Shown here one piece after another: positions 1 to 8,786 of a stretch of DNA of 32,000 bases. Position 1 is the first letter of the stretch; the number at the start of each line of letters is the position of its first letter. Source of the DNA: Thermoproteota archaeon (GTDB lineage Archaea > Thermoproteota > Nitrososphaeria_A > Caldarchaeales > Calditenuaceae); the NCBI GenBank assembly GCA_030550235.1, contig JAUQPU010000006.1, positions 6,797-38,796 of the forward strand, written 5' to 3'. Under the pieces are notes generated by a model. It had not been told where the DNA came from and did not search any database. It was given only the letters and a program-made list of their open reading frames with translations. The translations under genes were made by a program, and so were the position numbers.

Positions 1-503
1 ATCGCGTCGTTGATTATTTTAGGGGAGTCAGCTATTGCATTGTCTTCCAGCGTCACTGTCACCTGGTTTACTGCCACGTAGCCTGTTTGGCGGCAGCCGT
101 TAGAGTCGCACTCCCAGTAGGGGTTTATCGCAATGTACGAGGTCTTAATGTTCTCTTCCTTCACCCCGTTTGCCAGGAGTGAGGAAATCACATTGCTCAT
201 GATTTCGCTATTCTTGTTCGAGGCTTCTATCGGTGTTTCTCCACGAGCCTCTACACCCAAGGTGAAGGATAATCTGTCAGGGCGCAGTTTGATGATGCCC
301 ACTCCCCGGACTGGAACAACGATGCCTGTTTGCTGACCCTCACTGGTCTGCTGAGTCAGCACAGTTTCACCGCTCCTCTCAGAGACACCAACCATGTTCA
401 TGGCGTAGAGCGAAATCGCTAGAACAGCAGCTATAGCCACAACAGAAACCACTATCGCGTATGAGGCGAATCTATCTCCCCTGAAGGGTTTTACATCGCT
501 CAT
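1..503 (-). CDS. SIMPL/DUF541-like membrane-anchored protein (C-terminus runs off the window)
   Basis: Not in the ORF track because no stop lies in the window. My translation of the minus strand from ATG 501-503 gives MSDVKPFRGDRFASYAIVVSVVAIAAVLAISLYAM (TM anchor), then ...GIIKLRPDRLSFTLGVEARGETPIEASNKNSEIMSNVISSLLANGVKEENIKTSYIAINPYWE.... This resembles the SIMPL/DUF541 pattern. Confidence 0.55.
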   Translation of the reverse strand, partial: MSDVKPFRGDRFASYAIVVSVVAIAAVLAISLYAMNMVGVSERSGETVLTQQTSEGQQTGIVVPVRGVGIIKLRPDRLSFTLGVEARGETPIEASNKNSEIMSNVISSLLANGVKEENIKTSYIAINPYWECDSNGCRQTGYVAVNQVTVTLEDNAIADSPKIINDA

Positions 504-679
504 GGCTTATCAACGCCTCCGAGTATATATGAGCCTATGCCATATAGTGGAAAGCCAAGCCATAGGCACTAAACGTGAGAAAAGCGGGTTGGAATGTCTC
601 TTGGTCTCCTCTTTACAGATCTATAGCCTCAATGGGTACTTCAGGCTTAATTAGCTGCAGCATCTGGGTTTAGAGGGGC

Positions 680-1477
680 ATGGAGGTAGCCCCTCTTGAC
701 CAGAAATTAGAGACTATTTTCTGGGAATACATAGGTAGAGACATCCCTCATCACTATTTCTTTGCATATGATTGGCGGTATGAGAAGGGGTCAACGCGAA
801 TATTTCTCGCTCTAAAGGGAGGCAGGGTCGATGGGGCTATGCTCATCTACGGGGAGAATATAGTCCAGCTAAGAGGAAGCAGTGAGGCTGCGAAGGCTCT
901 TTTAGAAAGGCTGGAGCTGGATAAGGCAACCTTCACATGCGAAGAACAACACAAGCCCCATGTCCTAGAAAAATACAAGTCTGAGTGGATTCGAGAAATA
1001 ATTCTTATGCTTCTTAGGAGGGGAGAGGAGAAAATTCATGTAAGCCATCCAGTAGTCAGTCTCAATGAGATAGATGCCGAGAGAATAGCTGCAATTCTTA
1101 GGGAGGTGAAGCCGGAACACTGGGGTGAAATAACTGGTCGGCAGGTCATCGAGGGAATGAGCCGCGGGACATTCTGGAAGGGGATAAGGGTCGGTGGGGA
1201 GATAGTCTCGGTCGCCTCTTCGCGTATAACTGAGTGGCTAGGGTTGATTGGCATAGTCGCAACCCTTGAGCCCCATAGAAATAGAGGATACGCAACATCC
1301 GTAGTCTCCGAGATGGTTAAAGAGATTCTGGAGAAAAAGGAAAACGTGATACTCCACGTATTGGGTGATAATTCTCCGGCGATAAGAGTCTATGGCAAAA
1401 TAGGATTCAAACCATACAGAAAATATGTCTACATTAAGGGTGAGAGGAAACAGATTCTTGAAGGAGCTACGGACTGA
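680..1477 (+). CDS. GNAT-family N-acetyltransferase with an uncharacterised N-terminal domain
   Basis: The C-terminal half has the GNAT acetyl-CoA motif region (IVATLEPHRNRGYATSVVSEMV ... LHVLGDNSPAIRVYGKIGFKP). Confidence 0.7.
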   Translation: MEVAPLDQKLETIFWEYIGRDIPHHYFFAYDWRYEKGSTRIFLALKGGRVDGAMLIYGENIVQLRGSSEAAKALLERLELDKATFTCEEQHKPHVLEKYKSEWIREIILMLLRRGEEKIHVSHPVVSLNEIDAERIAAILREVKPEHWGEITGRQVIEGMSRGTFWKGIRVGGEIVSVASSRITEWLGLIGIVATLEPHRNRGYATSVVSEMVKEILEKKENVILHVLGDNSPAIRVYGKIGFKPYRKYVYIKGERKQILEGATD

Positions 1478-1624
1478 TTCTCCAATTATGTTATAAAATT
1501 GAGATGAGGGGTAAAGGTGAACAGCAACAAACCAGTGTTATCAACCAAAATATTTTTACTGTTTTAGTCTGGACCAGCTATCTATATGCGGAGCTAGTTT
1601 CCTTAGCCTAAAAGCGGGTAAAAG

Positions 1625-1711
1625 GGCCGCGGGTGGGACTCGAACCCACGACCGCCGGGTCACTGCCTAGGGTCCACAGCCCGGAGTGCTACCAGCTACA
1701 CCACCGCGGCC
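1625..1711 (-). tRNA. tRNA-His (GUG) with genomically encoded G-1 and a 13-nt intron
   Basis: The minus strand reads G-1 GCCGCGG UG GUGU AGCUGGUA GCAC U CCGGG CUGUGG[ACCCUAGGCAGUG]A CCCGG CGGUC GUGGG UUCGAGU CCCAC CCGCGGC C. It forms a full cloverleaf. G-1 pairs with C73, which is a His identity feature. Confidence 0.9.
1661..1673 (-). other. tRNA-His intron at or near the canonical 37/38 position
   Basis: Thirteen extra nucleotides (ACCCUAGGCAGUG) lie between CUGUGG and A38 of the anticodon loop. Removing them restores a 7-nt loop flanked by the CCGGG/CCCGG stem. Confidence 0.8.
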
Positions 1712-1772
1712 ATAGTCACCAGCATTTAGAACCTAGAGCGATGTATTTGAGGATAGCCGAGCCTCCAGCCCT

Positions 1773-2093
1773 CTAGGCGTACTCTCTCCAAGTATAGCCG
1801 CATTTCGTACATCTGAAGAACTGGGTCATGGGCTCGTCTGCGGACCTCGTCTGTACACTCCACCAATAAGCCTCCCTATTACCGCACTGGGGGCACTGGA
1901 CGTCCTGAGTCTTTGGGAGGACCTCCTTCTCTACGTCATCGACGATCACGGCTTTCTTCGGCTTCTGTTGTTTGTGGGTTACTATATCCCTTGTAGGCTT
2001 CTTAACATATCCGCACTTCCTGCAGACTAGGACCATGCTGTTTGACTTCCGCTCTGCAATCAGGATCGCGTCGCATCGGGGGCAGAACTCCAC
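1773..2093 (-). CDS. tfs: Transcription factor S (TFIIS/RpoM-like transcript cleavage factor)
   Basis: N-terminal Zn ribbon CPRC...CRKC and C-terminal Zn ribbon CPQC...CTKC with the acidic hairpin QTRSADEP. GTG start preceded by GAGGTGA. Confidence 0.9.
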   Translation of the reverse strand: MEFCPRCDAILIAERKSNSMVLVCRKCGYVKKPTRDIVTHKQQKPKKAVIVDDVEKEVLPKTQDVQCPQCGNREAYWWSVQTRSADEPMTQFFRCTKCGYTWREYA

Positions 2094-2161
2094 GGCTCAG
2101 CCTTCACCTCTCACACCGAGAGAATAGCCGCGCGCGGTTATTTGATTAACCTTTTTCACCC

Positions 2162-2449
2162 TCACACCCCCTGGGTTAGAAGACGTTGTATAGACTCACT
2201 CAGCCCATGTGTAATCCCAGAAAGCTGGCGCAGCCCCTTCATCAGCACTTCATCCGCACTATATCCTTCACGTGTCTTCAGAATGAATCTTAGTGTCCCG
2301 AGAAGCGGATGCGTCAAGTTGACACCAGCGTACTCGACCTCCTCGAAGGAGTTCAGAACCTCTTGGAGCGCGTCAAGAACGCTAAAGTCTATGTCCTTCA
2401 GCTCCATCTCTAGGACGTTCTCGCCCCTCTCGATTACCTTGACCTCCAG
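2162..2449 (-). CDS. rpoL: DNA-directed RNA polymerase subunit Rpo11 (RpoL); 5' end placed at a CTG, see findings
   Basis: (L)EVKVIERGENVLEMELKDIDFSVLDALQEVLNSFEEVEYAGVNLTHPLLGTLRFILKTREGYSADEVLMKGLRQL aligns residue for residue, from memory, with Sulfolobus RpoL ([27 protein letters not shown]...). The tracked ORF (2162-2407) starts at an internal Met. Confidence 0.8.
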   Translation of the reverse strand: MEVKVIERGENVLEMELKDIDFSVLDALQEVLNSFEEVEYAGVNLTHPLLGTLRFILKTREGYSADEVLMKGLRQLSGITHGLSESIQRLLTQGV

Positions 2450-3045
2450 AGCAGACCACCACCCTCCGGTGAGAGCAAACCTCCAAACATCTTAAGGAGC
2501 GTATTAACCTTCCCGTAATAGGGGACCAACGGCCGGTTAGAGTATCTTCTCCTACATCTTAGGCATAGGAGAGTCCTGTCCCGCGGTGTTAAGGGTGCGC
2601 CGCATATATCGCAGAATGCTTGGAAGACACCAAGTCCTCGGCCCTTAACCGTAAGGGTGTATATGCCTGAATACTCGTCTAGGACTCGCGCTACTATTAT
2701 GTCGCCGACTGTGAAGATTGGCGTTCCTCCGCGATGTAGGACTGCAGCTGTCCAGTTTGTCTTTACTTTGTAGTCCGCCGCCGCGAGTATGTCGCAGATT
2801 ATTAGCCTATCTTGGACCTCCCTAACCTGGCAGAGGACTAGGTCGCCTGGCCTAATCTTGATCGAAGATTCTAGTGGCTTGACGGAGACTAGGTGCTTCT
2901 TTATGTCATACTCCGCTATGCCTGCAACTGTGGCCACTACTGCGCCATTCTTCAGGGCCTTTGCGCCGCTCACCGGCATGAATTCCTCTACTACGCAGAG
3001 CTTGTCTCCGGGGAGGACTACTCTACCTGATGCCTGAAACCTCAC
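2434..3045 (-). CDS. csl4: Exosome complex RNA-binding protein Csl4 (S1 domain plus Zn ribbon)
   Basis: VLPGDKLCVVEEF N-terminal motif, an S1-like core, and a C-terminal CDIC...CLRC ribbon. I place the start at GTG 3043-3045. The longer tracked ORF (to 3192) runs antisense into tmk. Confidence 0.8.
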   Translation of the reverse strand: MRFQASGRVVLPGDKLCVVEEFMPVSGAKALKNGAVVATVAGIAEYDIKKHLVSVKPLESSIKIRPGDLVLCQVREVQDRLIICDILAAADYKVKTNWTAAVLHRGGTPIFTVGDIIVARVLDEYSGIYTLTVKGRGLGVFQAFCDICGAPLTPRDRTLLCLRCRRRYSNRPLVPYYGKVNTLLKMFGGLLSPEGGGLLWRSR

Positions 3046-3071
3046 TTCTGAGCCTAGACGGTCACCGGGGG

Positions 3072-3082
3072 ATAAATAAATT
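3072..3082. promoter_or_regulatory. AT-rich TATA-like element shared by divergent csl4 and tmk
   Basis: ATAAATAAATT lies about 22-32 nt from the tmk start (3104) and about 27-37 nt from the proposed csl4 GTG (3045). This fits short-leader or leaderless archaeal promoters. Confidence 0.3.
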
Positions 3083-3103
3083 GGACGTTTCGTTAATGCG
3101 GGG

Positions 3104-3703
3104 GTGGGTGGGGGAGGGGTGATTGTGGCGATTGAGGGGATTGACGGCGCAGGCAAGACAACCCAGGCTAGAAGGCTTGTGCGGTTCCTCAATTCAAAGG
3201 GTGTGTCGTCGCGTTATACTTCGGAGCCCACGGGCTCTGGGCTTGGAAAAATCATCAGAGCTTATTTGAGGCGGGGTGGGATAGACCCCTACCTACTCGC
3301 TCTTCTCTTCGCAGCCGACAGGGTCAACCATCTAAACAAGACTGTGAAGCCACTTCTCCAGCGCGGATACATTGTTGTCTGTGATAGATACCTCTACTCC
3401 TCCTACGCCTATCAGGGTGTGATGACTGGGCAGCCTCTATGGGTTAGAGAGATCAACAGGATGGCGCCAGCCCCCGATATCGCGGTTCTGCTGGATGTTA
3501 CTGTTGAGGAGGCCCTGAGGAGGAAGGAGAAGAGGATTAGGTTTGAGGACCCGAGCTTCTTGGATGAGGTGAGGAGAGAGTATCTTAGACTCTGCGAGGC
3601 TGGGTTAATGGTGAAGGTTGATGCGAGCGGTGGGTGTGATGAAGTTTTCGCAGAGTTGTTGAGGGCTGTCGCCCCCCGCCTCGGTTTAGGCCTCGACCCG
3701 TGA
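3104..3703 (+). CDS. tmk: Thymidylate kinase
   Basis: P-loop IAIEGIDGAGKTTQ, followed by a DRY motif (VCDRYLYSSYAYQG). Confidence 0.9.
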   Translation: MGGGGVIVAIEGIDGAGKTTQARRLVRFLNSKGVSSRYTSEPTGSGLGKIIRAYLRRGGIDPYLLALLFAADRVNHLNKTVKPLLQRGYIVVCDRYLYSSYAYQGVMTGQPLWVREINRMAPAPDIAVLLDVTVEEALRRKEKRIRFEDPSFLDEVRREYLRLCEAGLMVKVDASGGCDEVFAELLRAVAPRLGLGLDP

Positions 3704-4168
3704 GGACCAACCCTGTATAAGCCTCCTAATCTCTGAGGCTGCTGTCCTGCAAGCCCTCTCGACTGCTTCGGAGAGGCCTGAGCCCTCATCGAAACGCTCC
3801 CCCTCTATACCGTATATCACGATGTTGGATGGCGCTATACCCAGTGTCTCAGCCAGCCCAATAACCTCCGGCAGAGTCATAGTGTGTGTGGACCTCCATG
3901 CCGAGATTCTGGATATCTTCTCGATAGAGTCTAGCCTGTGGATTGCCCCGGCCTCGGTGAGCTTCTCTACCGCGTCCACCACTACTAGGAGGTCTATGTC
4001 ACCTGTGAGGTGGTTTAGCAGCTCGGCAGGCGTCTGGAGCCTGACGACATCTGCACCAGCTAACCCTGAGAGTAGGTCAGCCACACACTGTCCAGCCCCA
4101 TCATCCCCTCTAAACCTTACGCCGATACAGGCAACCACCGCCCTACGCTTGCCACTACTCCCTCTCAA
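3686..4168 (-). CDS. [NiFe] hydrogenase maturation endopeptidase (HycI/HybD family)
   Basis: [13 protein letters not shown] (GxxxxGDDGxG-like), VVVDAV and STHTMTL motifs. The tracked ORF extends to 4234, but TTG at 4166-4168 gives [17 protein letters not shown] and only a 14-nt overlap with hydA. Confidence 0.8.
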   Translation of the reverse strand: MRGSSGKRRAVVACIGVRFRGDDGAGQCVADLLSGLAGADVVRLQTPAELLNHLTGDIDLLVVVDAVEKLTEAGAIHRLDSIEKISRISAWRSTHTMTLPEVIGLAETLGIAPSNIVIYGIEGERFDEGSGLSEAVERACRTAASEIRRLIQGWSSRVEA

Positions 4169-5450
4169 TCTCGAGCTTGAGAAAGTGTGTCGCGCAGGAG
4201 ATGCAGGGGTCATAGTTTCTAACCGCTTGTTCAAACCTCCAGAGGGCCTGTTTGTGTGGAAGCCTAACTATCTCCGGAGCTAGGGACTTAAGGTCCTCCT
4301 CAATTCTCTTCTGGTTCTGGGCGGTTGGAGGGACTATCTTTGCCGAGAGGATGCGGCCCGTGCTATCCACATCGTATCTATGATATAATATGCCGCGTGG
4401 GGCCTCGGTACAGCCGCATGCCCTCCCAGCCCTTACCACAGGCTCCACCCTCGGCCTCGAGGGCTCGACATACTCGTCAATTATCCTTATCGACTCCTCG
4501 AATGCGTAGTATGTCTCCGCCACCCTCGCGATTATGCTCTTGAATGGGTTCCGGCAAGGCGTCTTGAAGCCAATCCTCCTCAGCATATCCCTTGTATGGT
4601 CGTGAAGCTTGTCAAGGTTCAGGTTTATCCTGGCGAGTGGGCCGACCATGTAGGCGCCCCTACCGATGATATAGGATTGGAGTGCATTTGAGTGGGGGGC
4701 CTGCTCCTCGGCGAAGTAGTCCTCGTACTGCTCGATAGCGATGTCTAGGCCCTTGTTCGAGACTATCCTCCCCTCATTCATCGGATACTCGTTGGGGTGT
4801 CTGAGGGCTACGAACTCGTAGTCCTGCTCAAACTCGGGGAATTCAAGGTCGGCAACCCATTCTAGGAGGCTGCCGGTAATCTTCATCCCCTCCACTAGCT
4901 TCTCCCTAATCCCGAGCAGCTCTCGTTTAGAGGGTACGCGGTAGAACCCTCCCACACATGCTGAGACTGGATGAATCTCCCTCCCCCCAATCAGCGTTAC
5001 TATCTCATTGCCCAGCTTCTTCACCTTGAGGGCGTTCTTCACAATAGTGGGCTGGCTCTTAGCCATCTTGATGGCGTCATCATAGCCTAGGAAGTCTGGG
5101 GCGTGGAGGAGGAAGGCATGCAGAATATGGCTCTCTATCCACTCTCCGCAGTAGAAGAGCCTCCTCAGACTCCTTATAGAGGGCTCAACAGACACTCCGA
5201 ACAGCCTCTCAAAGGCGTGGATTGAGCTCATCTCGTAAGCCACAGGGCATATCCCACATATCCGGGCAGTTATGTCTGGCGCATCGTAATACATCCTCCC
5301 CAAAAGTAATGACTCGAAAAGTCTGGGTGGCTCGAATATTCTGAATTTTACATCCACAACCTCGCTGCCTCTTAGCTTAATGTAGAGGGCCCCCTCACCC
5401 TCAACCCTAGCTAGGTAGTCAACCCTATACTCCTTTTCCCTAGCCGTCAA
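4155..5450 (-). CDS. hydA: [NiFe] hydrogenase large (alpha) subunit, group 3b sulfhydrogenase type
   Basis: N-terminal [10 protein letters not shown] and C-terminal DPCISCATH Ni-binding motifs, with a 9-aa extension after His. Size (431 aa) and neighbours match hydBGDA-type enzymes. Confidence 0.92.
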   Translation of the reverse strand: MTAREKEYRVDYLARVEGEGALYIKLRGSEVVDVKFRIFEPPRLFESLLLGRMYYDAPDITARICGICPVAYEMSSIHAFERLFGVSVEPSIRSLRRLFYCGEWIESHILHAFLLHAPDFLGYDDAIKMAKSQPTIVKNALKVKKLGNEIVTLIGGREIHPVSACVGGFYRVPSKRELLGIREKLVEGMKITGSLLEWVADLEFPEFEQDYEFVALRHPNEYPMNEGRIVSNKGLDIAIEQYEDYFAEEQAPHSNALQSYIIGRGAYMVGPLARINLNLDKLHDHTRDMLRRIGFKTPCRNPFKSIIARVAETYYAFEESIRIIDEYVEPSRPRVEPVVRAGRACGCTEAPRGILYHRYDVDSTGRILSAKIVPPTAQNQKRIEEDLKSLAPEIVRLPHKQALWRFEQAVRNYDPCISCATHFLKLEIERE

Positions 5451-6217
5451 GCCTCGGCCTCCACCTCCCTAAACCCGGGAGCCCACGCATTAAACAGCCT
5501 GAAGAGCATTACCGCGTCTTCTCTACTCCTGCCAATCTCTATGAAACGCCTCATAAGAGACTTTGAGTTCAGAGACTCCTTGGGGCCGTAGCATCCATAG
5601 CAGCCCCTCCCATAGGCTGGGCAGATGGCGCCGCAGCCCGCTTGTGTCACGGGCCCAAGACAGGGGATTCCTCTGGAGACCATTATACATGCGGTCCCTC
5701 TCAATTTACACTCAACGCATACGCTATGGTTGGGAATGCTGGGCGCTCTCCCCGCAAGGTATGCCGCCATCACTTCGAGGAGCTGATACTTGTTTATCGG
5801 ACAGCCCCGGAGCTCAAAATCCACTTGGACATGGTCGGAGATGGGCGTTGACTTGTCAAGCGTCTCAATATACTCCGGGCTCGCATACACATATTTCATG
5901 AACTCGGCCGAGCCCTTCCAATTCCTGAGGGCCTGTATTCCCCCTGCAGTTGCACAGGCGCCGATCGTTATAAGCACTCTGCAGTTTTTTCTAATCTCCT
6001 TTATGAGCTCGGCGTCGTGTGGTGTTGTAATGCTTCCCTCAACCAGTCCTATATCGTATGGTCCTCTGACTACTGCGCGGGTGGCCTCCATGAAGTAGGC
6101 TATCTCGAAGCGCTCACCGATGGATAGCAGCTCGTCCTCGAGGTCGAGTATGCTCAGCTGGCAGCCATCGCATGATGCAAATTTGTAGACTGCAATCCTC
6201 GGTCGCCTCCTCGCCAT
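5447..6217 (-). CDS. hydD: Sulfhydrogenase small (delta) subunit
   Basis: [16 protein letters not shown]-terminus and further Cys clusters typical of HoxY/HydD small subunits. Its TGA stop overlaps the hydA TTG start (TTGA). Confidence 0.9.
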   Translation of the reverse strand: MARRRPRIAVYKFASCDGCQLSILDLEDELLSIGERFEIAYFMEATRAVVRGPYDIGLVEGSITTPHDAELIKEIRKNCRVLITIGACATAGGIQALRNWKGSAEFMKYVYASPEYIETLDKSTPISDHVQVDFELRGCPINKYQLLEVMAAYLAGRAPSIPNHSVCVECKLRGTACIMVSRGIPCLGPVTQAGCGAICPAYGRGCYGCYGPKESLNSKSLMRRFIEIGRSREDAVMLFRLFNAWAPGFREVEAEA

Positions 6218-7074
6218 TAGACCTCCCTCCTCCCGAAAATGTTTGAGACCTCTGAGTAGCTGAAGACTGGGCCGTCCTTACAGATGAAGAATGGGCCAAA
6301 CTGGCAATGGCCACATATTCCAACTCCACACTTCATGTTTCTCTCCATGGAGATGAAGATTCTATCATCAGGTAGGCCTTGGTTCTTCAGCTCCTGCACT
6401 GTGAACTTCATCATTATCTCGGGGCCGCAGACATAGGCGTAGGTGTTGTTTGGCTCAAGTTTTATGTGTCTGAACAGTGTGGTGACTACGCCGATATATC
6501 CTCGCCACTTCTCGTCTCCCTTGTCCACCGTGACGAGCAGCTGTGTGTCTAGCCTGCCCCGCCAGTTCTGCAAGTCTCTCTTATAGAGGAGGTCGGACGG
6601 TGTACGAGCTCCGTATAGGATGTAGAACTTCCCATACCTTTCTCTTTTTCTTATTATTTGTTGGATTGCGGGCCGTAGAGGGGCTAGGCCGATTCCGCCA
6701 CCCACAATGACTACGTCCTGACCCTCAGCTTCCTTGAGCGGCCAGCCTTTACCGAAAGGCCCCCTTAATCCCAAGTTTGAGCCAATCCTAGCAGAGGCCA
6801 GCGCCTTAGTCACGGGCCCAACAGCCCTCACGGTGTGCTCTATCAGCTGTCCATTGAAGGGTGCCCCGCTTATGGATATGGGGACCTCGCCCACGCCGTA
6901 GGCGTAGAGCATGTTGAACTGGCCGGGCTCGAATGCTATTTCACCGTTACCGCGTGCCTTCATCCTTATGGTAAAAGTGTCCGGCGTCTCTCTGGCTTTT
7001 CCGACTACTCGGTACCACTCCATCTTGAACGTCTCCAGCCCCCCGATGGGCCTTAGACTCGGCTCAGCGATCAT
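6217..7074 (-). CDS. hydG: Sulfhydrogenase gamma subunit (FAD/NAD(P)-binding, 2Fe-2S; AsrB/PyrK-like)
   Basis: [14 protein letters not shown] nucleotide-binding motif and C-terminal [12 protein letters not shown] 2Fe-2S motif. TAATG junction with hydD. Confidence 0.9.
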   Translation of the reverse strand: MIAEPSLRPIGGLETFKMEWYRVVGKARETPDTFTIRMKARGNGEIAFEPGQFNMLYAYGVGEVPISISGAPFNGQLIEHTVRAVGPVTKALASARIGSNLGLRGPFGKGWPLKEAEGQDVVIVGGGIGLAPLRPAIQQIIRKRERYGKFYILYGARTPSDLLYKRDLQNWRGRLDTQLLVTVDKGDEKWRGYIGVVTTLFRHIKLEPNNTYAYVCGPEIMMKFTVQELKNQGLPDDRIFISMERNMKCGVGICGHCQFGPFFICKDGPVFSYSEVSNIFGRREV

Positions 7075-7556
7075 CCCGCACCAGCCCTCGGCTCACCGTA
7101 AATATCCATAAGACGCATCCTCGCAGCTCTCAACCTATCCGCAACAACCCTGATTATACGCTTGTAAATTTCATAGCCGAGCTCTCGGTCACTCTCCATC
7201 ATCCTTAACAGCTTCTCGCTATCTATCGAGATTGCCATAGTGTTCTCAACGACAACTGCACCCGCCGTCTTCTTGAAAGGCTCTATTATCGAGGACCATC
7301 CCAGGACCTCTCCACTCCCTATTGTCTCGAACCTAAACTCTCCTCGTGGTGGTATGTTGAAGTATAACGCTACGAGGCCATAGACTATGAGGTAGAGTCT
7401 CCTATGTATCTCTCCCTCGTTAAAGATTTTCTGCCCAGCCGTAAACCTTACTAGGCTTGCGATGGATGCGATCTCCTTAATCTTCTCCTCCGGCATGTCC
7501 TTGACGAAGGGGTGGTCGCTTAACAGTGTAAGCAACTCTGCCTGCTGACTGCTCAC
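7071..7556 (-). CDS. Stand-alone cyclic-nucleotide-binding-like (Crp/cNMP fold) domain protein, no DNA-binding domain
   Basis: F..G..IF.EGE....LYLIV.G.V beta-roll pattern and a PBC-like segment IGSGEVLGWSSIIEPFKKTAGAVVVEN. It is only 161 aa. GTGA overlap with hydB and ATGA overlap with hydG. Confidence 0.75.
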   Translation of the reverse strand: MSSQQAELLTLLSDHPFVKDMPEEKIKEIASIASLVRFTAGQKIFNEGEIHRRLYLIVYGLVALYFNIPPRGEFRFETIGSGEVLGWSSIIEPFKKTAGAVVVENTMAISIDSEKLLRMMESDRELGYEIYKRIIRVVADRLRAARMRLMDIYGEPRAGAG

Positions 7557-8695
7557 GCTGTACTCACCTCAACCTCCCTCCGCCTAATCTTCGCGGCCTC
7601 CTCCGTAATATCTATACCAACAGGGCACCACGTAATGCATCTCCCACATCCCACACACCCTAATACACCGAACTGGTCAATCCATGTCCCAAGCTTATGA
7701 GTGAGCCACTGCCTATACCTGCTGAGCCTGCTTGACCTGATGGACCCGCCGTGGATATAGGAGAAGTCTGCGTTGAAGCATGAGTCCCACCTCCTCCAGC
7801 GCTCCGCCACCTCCCCTGAAAGATCTGTGACCTCCTCAACTGTTGTGCAGAAGCAAGTCGGGCACACTAGCGTGCAGTTAGCACATGCGAGGCATCTCTC
7901 AGCGACCTCGGTATAGACGGGGCTCTCGAGATTCCTGTATAACAGCTCCTTTAACCCGACGGTATCTAAGCTCTTCCTGAAAAGAGTATGACTCTTCTCC
8001 ATACGCACAGAGGCCTCTGAGATTTCTTGGCCCGTGGCCTTCCTCGCACCTATACGCTCGAGAAGGTTCTCACCCTCGCTCGACCCTGCCCTTGCGACAA
8101 AGTAATGTATACCGTCACCCACCACCTCTGTGAGGCTTATGTCGTAGCCTGGCCCCGCCTCCGGCCCCGTGCCAATGGATAGGCAGAAACAGTTCTCACC
8201 AGGCTCAGTACAGTTAACCGCAACTATGAATACATGCTTTCTCTTTGTAGAGTATACAGGGTCTACATATGGGCCGCCGAGTAGAACCTTGTCAAGCACA
8301 GATATGGCTGCAAGCTCGCAGCCTCTAACACCGATAAAAGCCATCTTCCTCTCTCCACCGTTGTGAGCGGTAACCTCACCTTTCCTGGAGACCGTTAGGA
8401 GCTTTACTCGGGGCGGGTATAGAAACTTCTTCCAAGAATGGGGGCCAACTACGAAGCCGAAAAACGCCTTGTCTCCTCTCTCCTCAAGCCTATAGTATCC
8501 GGGCCCCTGCCTATCCCTCAGCCCAACAGGAAGCTGCGAAGCCGACTCAATCTCATCATACAATATGGCACCATCTCTTACGACCGGTCCAATCACGGAA
8601 TAGCCGAGCTTCCGGAGAGCCGCAATCAGCTCATCGAATTGTTGAGGATCAAGAAAATAATGGTCTGTCCCTGCTCGTTCTTCCTTCGCGCCCAT
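7553..8695 (-). CDS. hydB: Sulfhydrogenase beta subunit (4Fe-4S; AsrA-like)
   Basis: Ferredoxin-like Cys clusters CLACANCTLVCPTCFC and GCVGCGRCITWCP. It occupies the first position of the structural operon. Confidence 0.9.
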   Translation of the reverse strand: MGAKEERAGTDHYFLDPQQFDELIAALRKLGYSVIGPVVRDGAILYDEIESASQLPVGLRDRQGPGYYRLEERGDKAFFGFVVGPHSWKKFLYPPRVKLLTVSRKGEVTAHNGGERKMAFIGVRGCELAAISVLDKVLLGGPYVDPVYSTKRKHVFIVAVNCTEPGENCFCLSIGTGPEAGPGYDISLTEVVGDGIHYFVARAGSSEGENLLERIGARKATGQEISEASVRMEKSHTLFRKSLDTVGLKELLYRNLESPVYTEVAERCLACANCTLVCPTCFCTTVEEVTDLSGEVAERWRRWDSCFNADFSYIHGGSIRSSRLSRYRQWLTHKLGTWIDQFGVLGCVGCGRCITWCPVGIDITEEAAKIRRREVEVSTA

Positions 8696-8714
8696 CGGTA
8701 TAATTTAATATCGG

Positions 8715-8727
8715 AAATAATATAAAT
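8715..8727 (-). promoter_or_regulatory. TATA-like box upstream of hydB
   Basis: The minus strand reads ATTTATATTATTT, 20-32 nt upstream of the hydB ATG (8695), within a 91-nt strongly AT-rich spacer. Confidence 0.35.
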
Positions 8728-8786
8728 CTGTTGTGTCAAGAATCGCAAAATATCATTAATATGCGTATAAAACTATGTATTATTGC

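Noticed and set aside
533-567. Inverted repeat GCCTATG ... CATAGGC in the spacer between the SIMPL-like gene and the GNAT gene
   Set aside because: It has only a 7-bp stem with a 21-nt loop, which is within chance expectation, and nothing supports a function.
3046-3192. N-terminal 49 codons of the tracked 252-aa Csl4 ORF
   Set aside because: This part (MRNRTSLLAWVVLPAPSIPSIATITPPPPTP...) is antisense to the tmk 5' end and looks non-protein-like. Csl4 homology begins at ...VLPGDKLCVVEEF, just after GTG 3045.
3412-3789. 125-aa minus-strand ORF overlapping the 3' half of tmk and the protease gene end
   Set aside because: It lies antisense to a well-supported tmk. Its composition is low-complexity (S/P/R/A-rich), typical of shadow ORFs in GC-rich DNA.
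3822-4283. 153-aa plus-strand ORF
   Set aside because: It lies entirely antisense to the hydrogenase maturation protease and the hydA 3' end. It has no motifs and a Ser/Pro/Ala-rich shadow composition.
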